DNA of 30,107 nucleotides, from contig CAWJBB010000086.1 in the NCBI GenBank assembly GCA_963840855.1, positions 1 through 30,107 of the forward strand, read 5' to 3'. Made by a program: the position numbers and the translations under genes. Position 1 is the stretch's first letter. Each line of letters opens with the position of its first letter. This DNA comes from an uncultured delta proteobacterium. Its GTDB lineage: Bacteria > Desulfobacterota > Binatia > UBA9968. Below the pieces are notes generated by a model, which saw only the letters and a list, made by a program, of their open reading frames with translations, was not told where the DNA came from and did not search any database. Of the stretch, positions 1-9,524 are shown piece after piece.

Positions 1-236
1 CATCATAGCGCGGCCACGGACTTCGCTTCTCTTTAGCTGGGCTCGTCTCGGTGACTTCACCAGACATAGTGGGCCCCATTCATGTACAAATGCATGATCC
101 GGAAGCTAGTCGATTTTCATTCTTCTAGTCAAGAAGGAGTTACGGTTATGTCGACTCAACTCCATACTTGTCATGGTCGATACTCGCCTTGACAAGGCCC
201 ACGGACTTGGGTACGTCTCGCGCGGGAGGATATTTC

Positions 237-1343
237 ATGGCCGAGAGATTGGTTATCGATGCGGATTCCCATGTCGAAGAAGTCGATGCGACCTGGGACT
301 ATCTTGACGACCGCTTCCGAGAAAGAAGACCACAGACGATCACGCTGGAGAATCGCGCTATTTTCGCCAATCGCAACGCCTGCTGGTACATCGACGGCGA
401 TGTCTACCCCAAGGTCGTCGGGCGCGGCGTTACAACCTACGGCACTCCTATTACCAGTGTCTACGCCCGCAACAAGGCTTTCAGCCTGGAGAGCCAGGGC
501 ATGACCGATCCCGAAGCTAGAGTACGTGATCTGGACAGGCAGGGAATCGCCGTTCAAGTCATCTACCATACCATCTTTCTCGAGCCCTTGACCGATGATC
601 CTGAATTCGAGGCGGCCCTTATGCGCAGTTACAACACCTGGATAGCGAAGGCCTGCGCCCAGAGCCCAAAGCGATTGAAGTGGGCAGCTCCTATGCCGCT
701 GCAAAACGTGGCGGCGGCTATCGAGGAATTGGGCCGGGTCAAACAGTTGGGTGCTGTGGCAGTCACTCTATCGGGGACGGTCGGAGATCGCATGCTCCAC
801 GACTCTCGCTTCGATCCTTTCTTCGCCGAGGCCGAGCGGCTGAACATGCCGGTCAGCGTCCACATCAGCTGGTCCCATCAAGGCTTGCGGCAAAGCGTGG
901 ACTCAGTTTACGGAGCCAATTGCATCAGCATTAATTTCACCGTGCTCATGGGATTTTTTAGCCTTCTAGGCGCTGTATTGGATCGCCATCCCGGTTTGAA
1001 AGTCGCGTTCTTGGAAGCCGGGAGCGAGTGGGTTCCCTACATGGTGCACCGCATGGACCATTACTACGAAGCGGAAAGAAGATCGGGCTGGCCGATTCCC
1101 AAGCGTCCCGCGAGCGCTTATCTGAAAGACTGCCAAATTTATTTCACCTGTGAGGCCGAAGAACAGCTATTACCTGAAGTTCTTGAGCTGGTGGGAGAGG
1201 ATCGCATGATGATCTCGTCGGATATCCCTCACAGCGAAGGAAGAGAGACCTCCATCGAGGAGATCCTGGCGCGGCCGGACCTGAGCGAATCCACCAAGGA
1301 AAAGATCCTGGGCTTGAATGCCCGGGCGTTTTATAACTTGTGA
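237..1343 (+). CDS. Amidohydrolase family protein (Amidohydro_2, LigW/ACMSD-like decarboxylase/hydrolase)
   Basis: DADSHV metal motif at the N-terminus, PVSVH, LDRHPGLKVAFLEAG, SSDIPH and C-terminal KILGLNARAFY. ATG at 237 follows SD GGAGGA; the track start at 168 is an upstream TTG. Confidence 0.9.
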   Translation: MAERLVIDADSHVEEVDATWDYLDDRFRERRPQTITLENRAIFANRNACWYIDGDVYPKVVGRGVTTYGTPITSVYARNKAFSLESQGMTDPEARVRDLDRQGIAVQVIYHTIFLEPLTDDPEFEAALMRSYNTWIAKACAQSPKRLKWAAPMPLQNVAAAIEELGRVKQLGAVAVTLSGTVGDRMLHDSRFDPFFAEAERLNMPVSVHISWSHQGLRQSVDSVYGANCISINFTVLMGFFSLLGAVLDRHPGLKVAFLEAGSEWVPYMVHRMDHYYEAERRSGWPIPKRPASAYLKDCQIYFTCEAEEQLLPEVLELVGEDRMMISSDIPHSEGRETSIEEILARPDLSESTKEKILGLNARAFYNL

Positions 1344-1377
1344 TGCATTCGATGACGGGCTGGGAAGGAGGTTTACA

Positions 1378-2439
1378 GTGACAACAAGAGATCGGTTTCT
1401 GATATTCCTTCTTGCGATAGTTTCGTACCTGGCAATTTTGCCCATCGCGGTTTTTTCGCAAACTCCTTTTTATCAAGGAAAGACGCTGAAGGTCATCAAC
1501 AACGATCCCGGCGGAACTGCGGGCATGCGCGTTAAAGCCGTGGTTTCGTATCTGCGCAAATATATTCCGGGAAATCCGACTATCATCGTCGAATTCATGG
1601 ATGGCGGCGGAGGCCGAAGGGCGGCGAATCACATGTACCGTTCGGCGCAACCCGACGGGCTCACCGTGGGAGCCCTGAGCAGTTCGATCATTGGGCTGCA
1701 CGTCATGCGGGAAACAGGCGTCATGTATGACATCGACAAATTCATCTATCTCGGCACCCCCGTGAGCGAGAATCACAATGTCATTTACACTCGAAGGGAG
1801 CTCGGCCTAAACACTCCGGAAAAACTCAGGGCCGCGACGGGCATCAGAATCGGCGCCCAAGAGGTGGGAGCCGTTGCGTATACCTCCGGGAGGCTTTTTG
1901 CATACTTTCTGGATTTGAAGGCGCCGAAATTCGTAACCGGCTATTCGTCGCTCGAAGCCGATGTCGCCTTGATGAACGCAGAAATCGATTCGCGCGCGAA
2001 CAATACGACTTCGGTCTTGAGGCGCAATCGTGAATGGGTGGAAAAGGGAATAATGAATTTTCACGCGATCTTGGAAGTTCCGAAGGGCGATAAGCATCCA
2101 CACCCACTCTTTGCCCAACTCCCGGAGATCGAGAGCTTTGCTAAAACAGATAAAGAAAAAAAGCTCTTAACGATGTGGCGCGCTTTCAGAACGGCGACCT
2201 CGCCTTACGTTTTGCCGCCGGGAACTCCCAAGGACCGGGTTGAGATCCTGCAAGAAGCGATGCGCAAGGTACTTAAAGATCCTGAGTTCCGCGCAGAATT
2301 CAAGAAGCTCGTCACCGACGACGTTTCCCCGTTGATGCCTGAAGAGTTGATGAAAATTATCAAAGAGACGCCCCGCGATGCTGAGGTGATTGAAATGCTT
2401 AAGAAGTTTTCCGGCGTCGAACCGCTGCCGCCGCGCTGA
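1378..2439 (+). CDS. Tripartite tricarboxylate transporter substrate-binding protein (Bug/TctC family), signal peptide
   Basis: Hydrophobic signal peptide, then FYQGKTL..PGG, YLRKYIPGNPTIIVE, PDGLT, PPGTPKDRVEILQEAMRKVLKDPEF. GTG at 1378 follows SD AAGGAGGT. Confidence 0.85.
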   Translation: MTTRDRFLIFLLAIVSYLAILPIAVFSQTPFYQGKTLKVINNDPGGTAGMRVKAVVSYLRKYIPGNPTIIVEFMDGGGGRRAANHMYRSAQPDGLTVGALSSSIIGLHVMRETGVMYDIDKFIYLGTPVSENHNVIYTRRELGLNTPEKLRAATGIRIGAQEVGAVAYTSGRLFAYFLDLKAPKFVTGYSSLEADVALMNAEIDSRANNTTSVLRRNREWVEKGIMNFHAILEVPKGDKHPHPLFAQLPEIESFAKTDKEKKLLTMWRAFRTATSPYVLPPGTPKDRVEILQEAMRKVLKDPEFRAEFKKLVTDDVSPLMPEELMKIIKETPRDAEVIEMLKKFSGVEPLPPR

Positions 2440-2693
2440 GAAAGTCTAGAACAGAAGAGCTTTTTAGAAGACGCAGGGAATAGTGCACCGCTCAGCCCTC
2501 AATGTTGGGCTACGGCAACTCCGTGATTTTCACGTTCCTGCCCACACTGATATGACTGGCGTTTGGAAATGTGATAGCTACCTCTGAGGATCGTCCTCTT
2601 CTAGGTTTCGTTCGTGCCTTGCGGTTAATCGTGCAGCGATTTTTGGAGGGCGAGATTCTCATCTGAGTCGCCAAACCATTTTCGGAGGCAGAG

Positions 2694-3656
2694 ATGATCA
2701 AGCATGTTGTGCTGGTCAAGATCAAGCCCGACACCGCCCAGGAAAAGATTGACGCTATGGTCGCCGGCTACAACTCTATGAAAAACGCCATACCGGAACT
2801 CGTGAGCTGGTCGATGGGGCCGAACTTGCGCGGCGACGGCGAGTACACTCACGCCATGGTCGCCGTCGTCGAGGACCTGGAAGCCTTGAAACGCTATGTG
2901 GAGCACCCTCTCCACCAGAAAGTGTCAACGGAACTCGGACGTCCGATTTTTGAGACGCGGGTTATCGGCGATTATGAGTTCGACCCTGAAGCGGAGCCGT
3001 GGGAGCCCCAGGTCAAAACGGTGTGGACCGAACTGGTAGACATGGTGCGGCCGGAGCACACGGCGCTCATCGTCATCGACGTACAGAACGATTTCTGCGC
3101 TCCAGGCGGCGCCAGGATGAAAGGGGATCTCACCACAATCGAAGCGATGAAGGAGCCCACGCGACGGATGGTCGAAACTGCCAGGGTAATTGGTGTGCCC
3201 GTCGTCTACACCCAGACCCAGAACGACGCGGAGCACGACAACGGACCGATCCTGGCGCGCCGCCAGCGAGTTGGGCTCGGCGGCGCCAAGTATACGATCC
3301 CGGGAACCTGGGGGTGGGAGATCAGCGATTTTATCGCGCCGCGGCCCGGGGAGGTGTCGATCCCGAAGTGGCACCACAGCGGCTTTACCAATCCGAAGAT
3401 GGACGCCACTCTTAGAAGGCTGGGCGTCAAGACGCTGCTGTTCACTGGCATCGCCACCAACGGCTGTGTCGAGGCCACAGTGCGGGACGCTTTCGCGCGC
3501 GGGTATTACGCCGTGGTGCTGGCGGACTGTGTAGGTGCGTACGACCTGGACCTTCAGCGCTACTCGCTCAAGAACATGGCCACCCACTTTGCACTGATTA
3601 GTTCGACCCAGGCGGTCCAAGAAGCTTGGGCGCAGGTAGCGGCCATCGCTCGTTAG
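2694..3656 (+). CDS. Fusion of N-terminal Dabb (stress-responsive alpha/beta barrel) domain and isochorismatase-family cysteine hydrolase
   Basis: aa 1-96 MIKHVVLVK...YTHAMV...YVEHPLHQ...DYEF is Dabb-like. From ~aa 120: TALIVIDVQNDF, PK..HSGF, TGIATNGCVEATVRDAF give the D-K-C triad. SD GGAGG upstream. Confidence 0.85.
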   Translation: MIKHVVLVKIKPDTAQEKIDAMVAGYNSMKNAIPELVSWSMGPNLRGDGEYTHAMVAVVEDLEALKRYVEHPLHQKVSTELGRPIFETRVIGDYEFDPEAEPWEPQVKTVWTELVDMVRPEHTALIVIDVQNDFCAPGGARMKGDLTTIEAMKEPTRRMVETARVIGVPVVYTQTQNDAEHDNGPILARRQRVGLGGAKYTIPGTWGWEISDFIAPRPGEVSIPKWHHSGFTNPKMDATLRRLGVKTLLFTGIATNGCVEATVRDAFARGYYAVVLADCVGAYDLDLQRYSLKNMATHFALISSTQAVQEAWAQVAAIAR

Positions 3657-3689
3657 CGCGAGGGATTCGGGTTCAGACTTTTATGTCGA

Positions 3690-3762
3690 TTCTGAAAAAG
3701 CCTGCCGTCACACTTCGAGAGTCTCAGAGCCTGTCCCTGAATTTATCGAAGGAACGAACGGA
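3690..3762. repeat. Partial palindromic interspersed element related to 15615-15731
   Basis: Starts TTCTGAAAAA and contains CTTCGA...CTCAG and GCCTGTC...TCGAAGG...AACGG, as in the 15.6 kb element. Confidence 0.45.
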
Positions 3763-4089
3763 AGAGCCATTGAAATGCATTCGAAAATGTCCCGGATTCA
3801 CGCTGATAGTCCGTCAATCTGCCAAGAATATTTCGCTCACAGAGGCTCGATAACGCACGATCGGAGCTTAGTTGAGGGTTTTCATCATCCTGAATTTTCG
3901 TGAATTGGGATTTTTTCAGCGGCATCAGACGTAAAAATGTGACGCCTATGCCAATCAAGCGAAAGAATTGTCAGCTTCCGCGAACCTTCTCCCCGTAGTT
4001 TTCTCCTTAGCACTTCTGGCTCACCGTTCACGCTACGCGCGGGCCATGCGCCGGTCCGTCGCCGTTTGTCACGTCGCGTTGCCGCCATA

Positions 4090-5054
4090 TCATGGCATGG
4101 TGAAGACGATCAGTTGGTCGGTCACGCCCCCTGACCCAGGTTTCAACGATCCGGCGGCGAGGTAGACATTTCCGCCGGTCGTCGCCGCGGCGGTGCCGTG
4201 CCGGCCTCCAGGCATTGGAGCGAGCGTCTTCCAGCTCTTTGCTTTCGGATCGTAGGCCTCGTTCTCGGCGAACGTGTTGGGCGCGAACCTCGCCGCCCAG
4301 CACCAGGATCAAGCCCTTGTAGAGCGTATAGGCAAGACCACTGCGCGCGGTCGGCAGCGGCGGACCCGAGGTCCAGGAATTTGTCGCCGGGTCGTAGATA
4401 TCGTGCATATCCGTTTTGTCAGCGGACGCGCCAAAGCGCCCGCCTACGGCATGGAGTTTCCCTTCAGCGGCGACCAGCGCCATATGATCGCGCGCCTTGG
4501 GGAGCGGGGCGCGCTCGCTCCAGCTGTTGCTCACAGGATCGTAAACCTGGTGCGTTGTCACCGTCTGTCCTGCGGGAGTGCGTCCGCCGACCGCGTGAAT
4601 TTTGCCGTCGAGAACGGTCACGGCGACCGAGCCAAGGCCGGCCTTGAGCGGGCTGAGCGAACGCCAGCTGTCCGCTGCCGGGTCATACTCAAGCAACATG
4701 AGGTTGCCCGTCCTTGTGAGCGGACCCGACGAAGCCGCCGACCGTGTAGATTTTGCCGTTCAGGACCGCCGCGCCGATGTGGTCGAGCCCGTAAGGCAGC
4801 GGGGCGCGCGCGCGCCAGCGATCGGTGGCCGGGTCGTATTCATCGTGGTAGGTCCCCGCCACGCCCTTGACGCCCCCACCGATCACGTGGACTTTTCCGC
4901 CGACTGCCGCGAGCGCCACTTCGTTGCGCGCCAGCGGAATTGGCGCTTTCATCGTCCAGCTTCCCTGCGCTTGCGCGTGAGCAATATGCGACAACGCGCC
5001 GAGCAGCATGCAGATTATGGCGCATGGCAGAACCTTCAAAGATTTACGGTTCAT
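4090..5054 (-). pseudogene. Secreted kelch-repeat (beta-propeller) protein with two frameshifts (pseudogene or sequencing error)
   Basis: Signal peptide MNRKSLK...AHAQ after SD GGAGG. Kelch repeats (GG...YDP...W) run across three frames. Removing one G (minus strand) near 4707-4709 and one near 4288-4289 gives a single 320-aa ORF ending ...DQLIVFTMP-TGA at 4090. Confidence 0.8.
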
Positions 5055-5153
5055 GGTGTCCTCCGCTCTGTTCAAGATTCATCATTACGAACCAACCATC
5101 CCGGCGAAACGAGCGTAGTCAACGAAAAGGCATGACGTCAAGCGCACACGCGC

Positions 5154-5250
5154 GGTTCAATTCAGGTTCAAGGTTCAAAGTCAGGGCAACGCGAATATGG
5201 GTTAATAAACAATCGGAAAACGTTGAACTTTGAACCTTGAACTTTGAACG
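5154..5250. repeat. Inverted pair of 7-bp tandem arrays, (GGTTCAA)n ... (TTGAACY)n
   Basis: Left arm 5154-5183 ggttcaa/ggttcaa/ggttcaa; right arm 5223-5250 ttgaact ttgaacc ttgaact ttgaacg. Confidence 0.85.
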
Positions 5251-5282
5251 ACCCAATTATTTGGAACGGGAGCAAAGCGACA

Positions 5283-6002
5283 CTATCGATTCGGTGTTCT
5301 CTGCGGCCGCACCGTCAGTTCCACCGGGCAGCATGTCGGCGATGAATTGACAACAAACATCACCGCGTCGGCGACATCTTCGGACCGAATCATCTTGGAG
5401 CGATCCAAATGCTTGACGGGGGGAATCATCGGCGTGTCGACGAAGCCCGGCAGGATCACGCTTACTTTGATGCCGTACTCCCTGACCTCTTCGTAAAGGG
5501 ACTGCGTGAAACCAATCAATCCGAATTTGGACGCGGCGTAAGCCGCGCCGTCGGCCTCGCCGGTTTTGCCAGACACCGAGCCGATATTGATCACCGCGCC
5601 ATTGCCTTTCTCGATCATACCAGGGAGAAACGACTTGGCGAGAATCATCGGCGCGCGCAGGTTAAGGCGAAATGTTTGGTCCCAATCCTCTACATGGGCT
5701 CGCACCACCGGAGCGCGCTTGCCCCAACCGGCGTTATTGACCAGGATATCGACTCCGCCCCATGCTTTGAGGCTTGAGTCGATGAGGCGCTGTATATCTT
5801 CATCCCTGGTAAGGTCTGCCGGAACGACCAGCGCCTGCCCATCACCCGCGTGGATTGCATTGGCCACTTCGTCGAGCTGTCCCCGAGTTCGAGAGGATAG
5901 AATCACTCGGCAACCTGCCCGCGCCAGCGCGATGGCGATGGCCTTTCCGATTCCCCTGCCCGCGCCTGTCACGAGTGCAATTTTGTTATCGAGATTGTTC
6001 AT
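5283..6002 (-). CDS. Short-chain dehydrogenase/reductase (classical SDR)
   Basis: TGAGRGIG, DILVNNAG, catalytic S and YAASK. Confidence 0.93.
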   Translation of the reverse strand: MNNLDNKIALVTGAGRGIGKAIAIALARAGCRVILSSRTRGQLDEVANAIHAGDGQALVVPADLTRDEDIQRLIDSSLKAWGGVDILVNNAGWGKRAPVVRAHVEDWDQTFRLNLRAPMILAKSFLPGMIEKGNGAVINIGSVSGKTGEADGAAYAASKFGLIGFTQSLYEEVREYGIKVSVILPGFVDTPMIPPVKHLDRSKMIRSEDVADAVMFVVNSSPTCCPVELTVRPQRTPNR

Positions 6003-6071
6003 CGCCGGGCCGGCGCAGTTGATCCGTATTTGACGAAAATGTTTCGAACGCTTACACCATTTTCCAGTCTT

Positions 6072-6113
6072 ACAACGACTTGAACGTTTTGAACGTCTCG
6101 AACGTTTGGAACA
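6072..6113. repeat. 9-bp tandem array (~5 units, GAAC core)
   Basis: acaacgact tgaacgttt tgaacgtct cgaacgttt ggaaca. Confidence 0.85.
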
Positions 6114-6125
6114 TCATTGTATCTG

Positions 6126-6548
6126 TTAGTGAACCGTCGAGCTTTCGTCCTGATCGGGAGGCTGCGACACCGAGGAGCCGTGATGCAAGATCATACGCCA
6201 ACCCTCTCCGCTCTTTTGAAAGATATTCGTCGTGAGAATGGCGGCGGAATAGTTTTGTCCTTCGATGGAGCTACTTAAATTCTCGTAAAGCGTCACCCAA
6301 GCGTTCTCGCCGCGAACTTCTATCTTCAGATCGGTCAAGGTAAACTTCATTGACGGAGTATTCTCGAAGATGCGCCGCCAGCTCTGCATGACCGGCCCCC
6401 AACCGCGCAGGATACGCCAGCCTGGATGTCCGCACTGAATTTCGGCATCCTTCGCCCACACGGCTTCCATCCGGGCGATATCGAGACTTTCGAACGCCAG
6501 GTAAAAGCTCTCGTTGGCCTTGGCAACCTCTTGTCTGTCATCTTCCAT
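6126..6548 (-). CDS. SnoaL-like / NTF2-family protein
   Basis: ANESFYLAFESLDIARMEAVW, CGHPGW..LRGW..V..SW..IF, TNIFQK..EGWRMILHHGS. ATG 6548 preferred because the upstream extension only translates a DNA repeat (HEHEH). Confidence 0.85.
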   Translation of the reverse strand: MEDDRQEVAKANESFYLAFESLDIARMEAVWAKDAEIQCGHPGWRILRGWGPVMQSWRRIFENTPSMKFTLTDLKIEVRGENAWVTLYENLSSSIEGQNYSAAILTTNIFQKSGEGWRMILHHGSSVSQPPDQDESSTVH

Positions 6549-6557
6549 GGTTACCAC

Positions 6558-6610
6558 CGTATCGTGTTCGTGTTCGTGGATCGTGTTCGTCCGAGCACGA
6601 GCACGAAATT
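6558..6610. repeat. Inverted 6-bp tandem arrays, (TCGTGT)n / (GCACGA)n
   Basis: cgtatcgtgttcgtgttcgtggatcgtgttcgtccgagcacgagcacgaa. Confidence 0.7.
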
Positions 6611-6659
6611 CGCGAGGCTTCAATCCATCAAATAGATTCCAGATCCGAAAAATTATCCG

Positions 6660-6701
6660 TCAACGGCTTGAACTGCTTGAACGTTTTGAACGACTTGAAC
6701 A
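6660..6701. repeat. 9-bp tandem array (5 units, TGAAC core)
   Basis: tcaacggct tgaactgct tgaacgttt tgaacgact tgaaca. Confidence 0.85.
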
Positions 6702-6711
6702 ATTCTTCTTA

Positions 6712-7038
6712 TCAGTGCTGTGGTTTCGGCGTCACAAAGACGAGCGTCACAAGCCGTTGCTGGCTATTATTGGTTACGCCGTGATTTTGCCCAGCGGGCG
6801 CTAGAGCGATCTCGCCGGGACCCAACTCCCGCTCTTCATCGCCCACCGTAAATACGCCGCGGCCTTCGAGCACATAATAGATTTTATCTTCGCGCCCATG
6901 GGTGTGCGGGCTTTGGATTTGCCCGGGTTCGAAGCAATAGGTGTCGCAGAAAAACCTCTCGGTCTCGAAGACGCCGTTTTTTTTCATCCTTTCGGGTGAA
7001 AACTGCATGGCGTCAGCAAGCTTTTTAAAATTGCTCAT
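6712..7038 (-). CDS. Cupin domain protein (Cupin_2)
   Basis: FEPGQ..SPHTH, YYVLEGRG, LGPGE...APAGQNHGV; SD GGAG upstream. Confidence 0.9.
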   Translation of the reverse strand: MSNFKKLADAMQFSPERMKKNGVFETERFFCDTYCFEPGQIQSPHTHGREDKIYYVLEGRGVFTVGDEERELGPGEIALAPAGQNHGVTNNSQQRLVTLVFVTPKPQH

Positions 7039-7124
7039 ATCCCGCTCCTATTCGTGCGCTGTCGCCGATACTACCACAGGGCCGGTTGCATGCAAAAGCC
7101 GCGCGAATTTGTTATCCGTGGACC

Positions 7125-8293
7125 ATGGATTCGGTCCTGATCCGCTACCACGAGATCGCTCTCAAAAAAGGCAATCGCGCCTATTTTACCGAATTGCTCA
7201 AGCGCAATATTCTCAGCGCCGTCAAAGACCTGGGAGCAAAGGAAATCCGCAGCCTGCCGGCCCGCTTGCTTTTGACGTTCAAGAACCAGGTGGCGGCCGA
7301 GACGATCAGCCAGCGCATCAGCGCGGTCTTCGGCGTCGCCAATTTCTCCATCGTCGAACGCACCGCCAAAGATATGGAAGCTCTGCGCTCCGGCATCTTG
7401 GACGCCCTGGACGGCCTGCGTTTCGATTCTTTCCGCGTCGAAACCCAACGAGGCGACAAAACTTTTCCGCTAACCTCCCCGGAGATCAACCGCCAATTGG
7501 GCGCCGCGGTAAAGGAAAAATCCGGCGCACGCGTAGACCTGACTCATCCTGAGTTCACGGTCACGGTCGAGGTTCTGCCGCACGACGCTTTTTTCGGCTT
7601 TGACAAAATCGCCGGCGCGGGAGGCCTGCCGGTGGGCGCCAGCGGCCGCGTTGTGTCGCTCATCTCCGGCGGTTTCGATTCTCCCGTGGCGGCCTACCGC
7701 ATGATGCAACGCGGTTGCCGTTTGATCTTCGTCCACTTTCACGGCGCGCCTTATCAAGACAAGACCTCCCAGGAAAAAGTCCGCGATCTGGTGCAAACCC
7801 TCACCCGCCACCAATTTCAGTCGCGCTTGTACATCGTGCCGTTCGGTGAGATCCAGAGGCAGATTGTTGCCTCGGTGGCGCGCCCCCTCCGCGTGGTGCT
7901 CTACCGAAGCGTATGATGCTCCGCATCGCCGAAGTGATCGCAAGAAATGAAAAGGCGAAAGCGCTGGTCACCGGCGAGAGCCTGGGGCAGGTGGCGTCCC
8001 AGACGCTCGATAACATCGCCGTTATTCAACAAGCGGCGCTGCTGCCGATTTTGCGCCCGTTGGTGGGCATGGACAAGCAAGAGATTATCGATCAAGCGCG
8101 CCGCATCGGCACCTTCGAGATCTCTTCGATACCGGATCAGGACTGTTGCCAGCTCTTCGTGCCAAAGCATCCGGCAACCAAAGCGCAGTTCAGAGAGGTG
8201 GAGGATGCCGAGACCAGCTTCGATGTCAAGGAACTCGTCCGCCTTGGCCTGGATAACGCCGTGAAAGAAGATTTCAGCTTCCCGGAGAACTGA
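7125..8293 (+). CDS. thiI: tRNA 4-thiouridine(8) synthase ThiI, short form without rhodanese domain; frameshift at ~7907
   Basis: IRYHEIALKKGNR, THUMP domain, GGLPVG, PP-loop LISGGFDSPVA; second frame has TGESLGQVASQT, RPLVGMDKQEI, DCCQLF.P.HPAT. Removing 2 nt at 7907-7908 restores LYRRMMLRIA (388 aa). Confidence 0.9.
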
Positions 8294-8311
8294 TCGACTG
8301 TTCTGCACCCT

Positions 8312-8340
8312 CATCTCCTTCCCGCGTCGCGGGAGAAGGT
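8312..8340. terminator. GC-rich hairpin between convergent genes (possible terminator or REP)
   Basis: TCCCGCG-T-CGCGGGA core, with flanking CCTT and AAGG able to extend the stem. Confidence 0.5.
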
Positions 8341-8346
8341 TCTCGT

Positions 8347-8436
8347 TTGAAACGATTGGAACGCTTTGAACGACTGGAACGTCCCGAAAAATTTGAACGA
8401 TTGGAACGTTTGGAACTACTGGAACGATTGGAACTT
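8347..8436. repeat. 9-bp tandem array, 10 units, abutting the stop codon of the minus-strand gene
   Basis: ttgaaacga ttggaacgc tttgaacga ctggaacgt cccgaaaaa tttgaacga ttggaacgt ttggaacta ctggaacga ttggaactt. Confidence 0.9.
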
Positions 8437-9489
8437 CTAAAGCTGAATAGCTTTAGTTACCGATCTCGTCGATCCGCCCTCCGGCGTGCTCTGTCCCCAT
8501 ACGTGAATGTACTGCGACTGCGAGCCGTCGCCGCCGGCGACGATCACCATGATATCTTCGGGCTTATCCGTCACCGGAATCACGCTGTCGCGCGTGAGTT
8601 TTAGGTCGGGCCGACGTTTGACGCGCTGGTGAAAGGTCTCGTCCGGCAGGTCCTTCATGCGGTAGGCGGCGCGCTCCCAGATGAACCTCTTTACGTCCGC
8701 CTTACTGAAGCCATCGCCGGCGATAATCTTGGCATGTTCCGGGCAGATCACCATGATAGCTTCCGCACCCGACGGCCCTTCCATGCGCTGGGCAAAATTA
8801 GTCAAAATGCCCACGGCCTTGGAGCTGTCCAGGTCCGACGCCCGGATGGACGCATCCGCGCTGATGGCGGTCACCGTGCTTTGATCCGCCTTGAAGCCGC
8901 GCTCGACGTGAAGCGGCGCCCACGGGCTCGCTTCTTCGTTCTCGCCGACGCAAAGCGAATACTTGCCCGGCCAACCCAGGGTCGCTTTGCACGTGGTGCC
9001 TGGATAGGAGCCGCCGATATTGCGCTGGATCAGACGCACACAGCGGCCGATGGTAGCGTTGGCGCGAAAGCCTTCGCCGAGAGCATTGGAACCGCCGTTG
9101 ATACTGAGCTCTTTGCGAATCGGACCGTTGACGATCAGCATCACCGCGGGACCGCCGGTTGTGGCCTGGAGCGAATAGAGATTCAGTTTCGGATCGGTGA
9201 TCGCTTCCACCGCCGCCACCAGCACCGGCATATATTCCGGCTTGCATCCCGCCATAACGGCGTTGATGGCAATCTTTTCGACGGTGGCCGGCGCCCAGCG
9301 CGGCGGCACCGTGCCGATGACATCCTGCGGATTTCGGCTGGTTGCCGCGAGCATCCGCGTCACGCGCTCTTCGGTGGGTGGGATAATCGGCAAGCCGTCC
9401 GACCACCCTTTCTCTTCGAAATAGGCCTGCGCTGCCCATAGATCGTCACCGACTTCGATTTTTTCCGCCTGCAAGTTGCTTGTATCCAT
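8437..9489 (-). CDS. Conserved hypothetical protein (GWSDGLPIIPPT family), likely partner of the UGSC selenoprotein
   Basis: Long ORF with motifs GWSDGLPIIPPT, EKIAINAVMAGC, RANATIGR, ENEEASPW..LHVERG, IVAGG. ATG 9489 chosen; TTG 9519 is an alternative. Confidence 0.85.
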   Translation of the reverse strand: MDTSNLQAEKIEVGDDLWAAQAYFEEKGWSDGLPIIPPTEERVTRMLAATSRNPQDVIGTVPPRWAPATVEKIAINAVMAGCKPEYMPVLVAAVEAITDPKLNLYSLQATTGGPAVMLIVNGPIRKELSINGGSNALGEGFRANATIGRCVRLIQRNIGGSYPGTTCKATLGWPGKYSLCVGENEEASPWAPLHVERGFKADQSTVTAISADASIRASDLDSSKAVGILTNFAQRMEGPSGAEAIMVICPEHAKIIAGDGFSKADVKRFIWERAAYRMKDLPDETFHQRVKRRPDLKLTRDSVIPVTDKPEDIMVIVAGGDGSQSQYIHVWGQSTPEGGSTRSVTKAIQL

Positions 9490-9524
9490 TTCTTCGATCT
9501 TCCCTGCGCTCAGGACCAAGCCTT

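Noticed and set aside
6072-6113. GAAC repeats as LexA boxes
   Set aside because: Spacing (GAAC-N5-GAAC) fits neither GAAC-N4-GTTC nor GAAC-N7-GAAC, and the arrays follow stop codons.
6549-6623. His-rich N-terminus (HEHEHD) on the SnoaL protein as a metal-binding tag
   Set aside because: It arises from the 6-mer DNA repeat; the domain begins at MEDDRQ.
8347-8436. Tandem arrays as a CRISPR array
   Set aside because: Units are 6-9 bp with no unique spacers, and no cas genes are present.
8347-8604. ORF MKRLERFERLER... as a repeat peptide or RiPP precursor
   Set aside because: It is a translation of the 9-mer DNA repeat, has a TTG start, and its 3' part is antisense to a real gene; the same motif recurs in non-coding positions.
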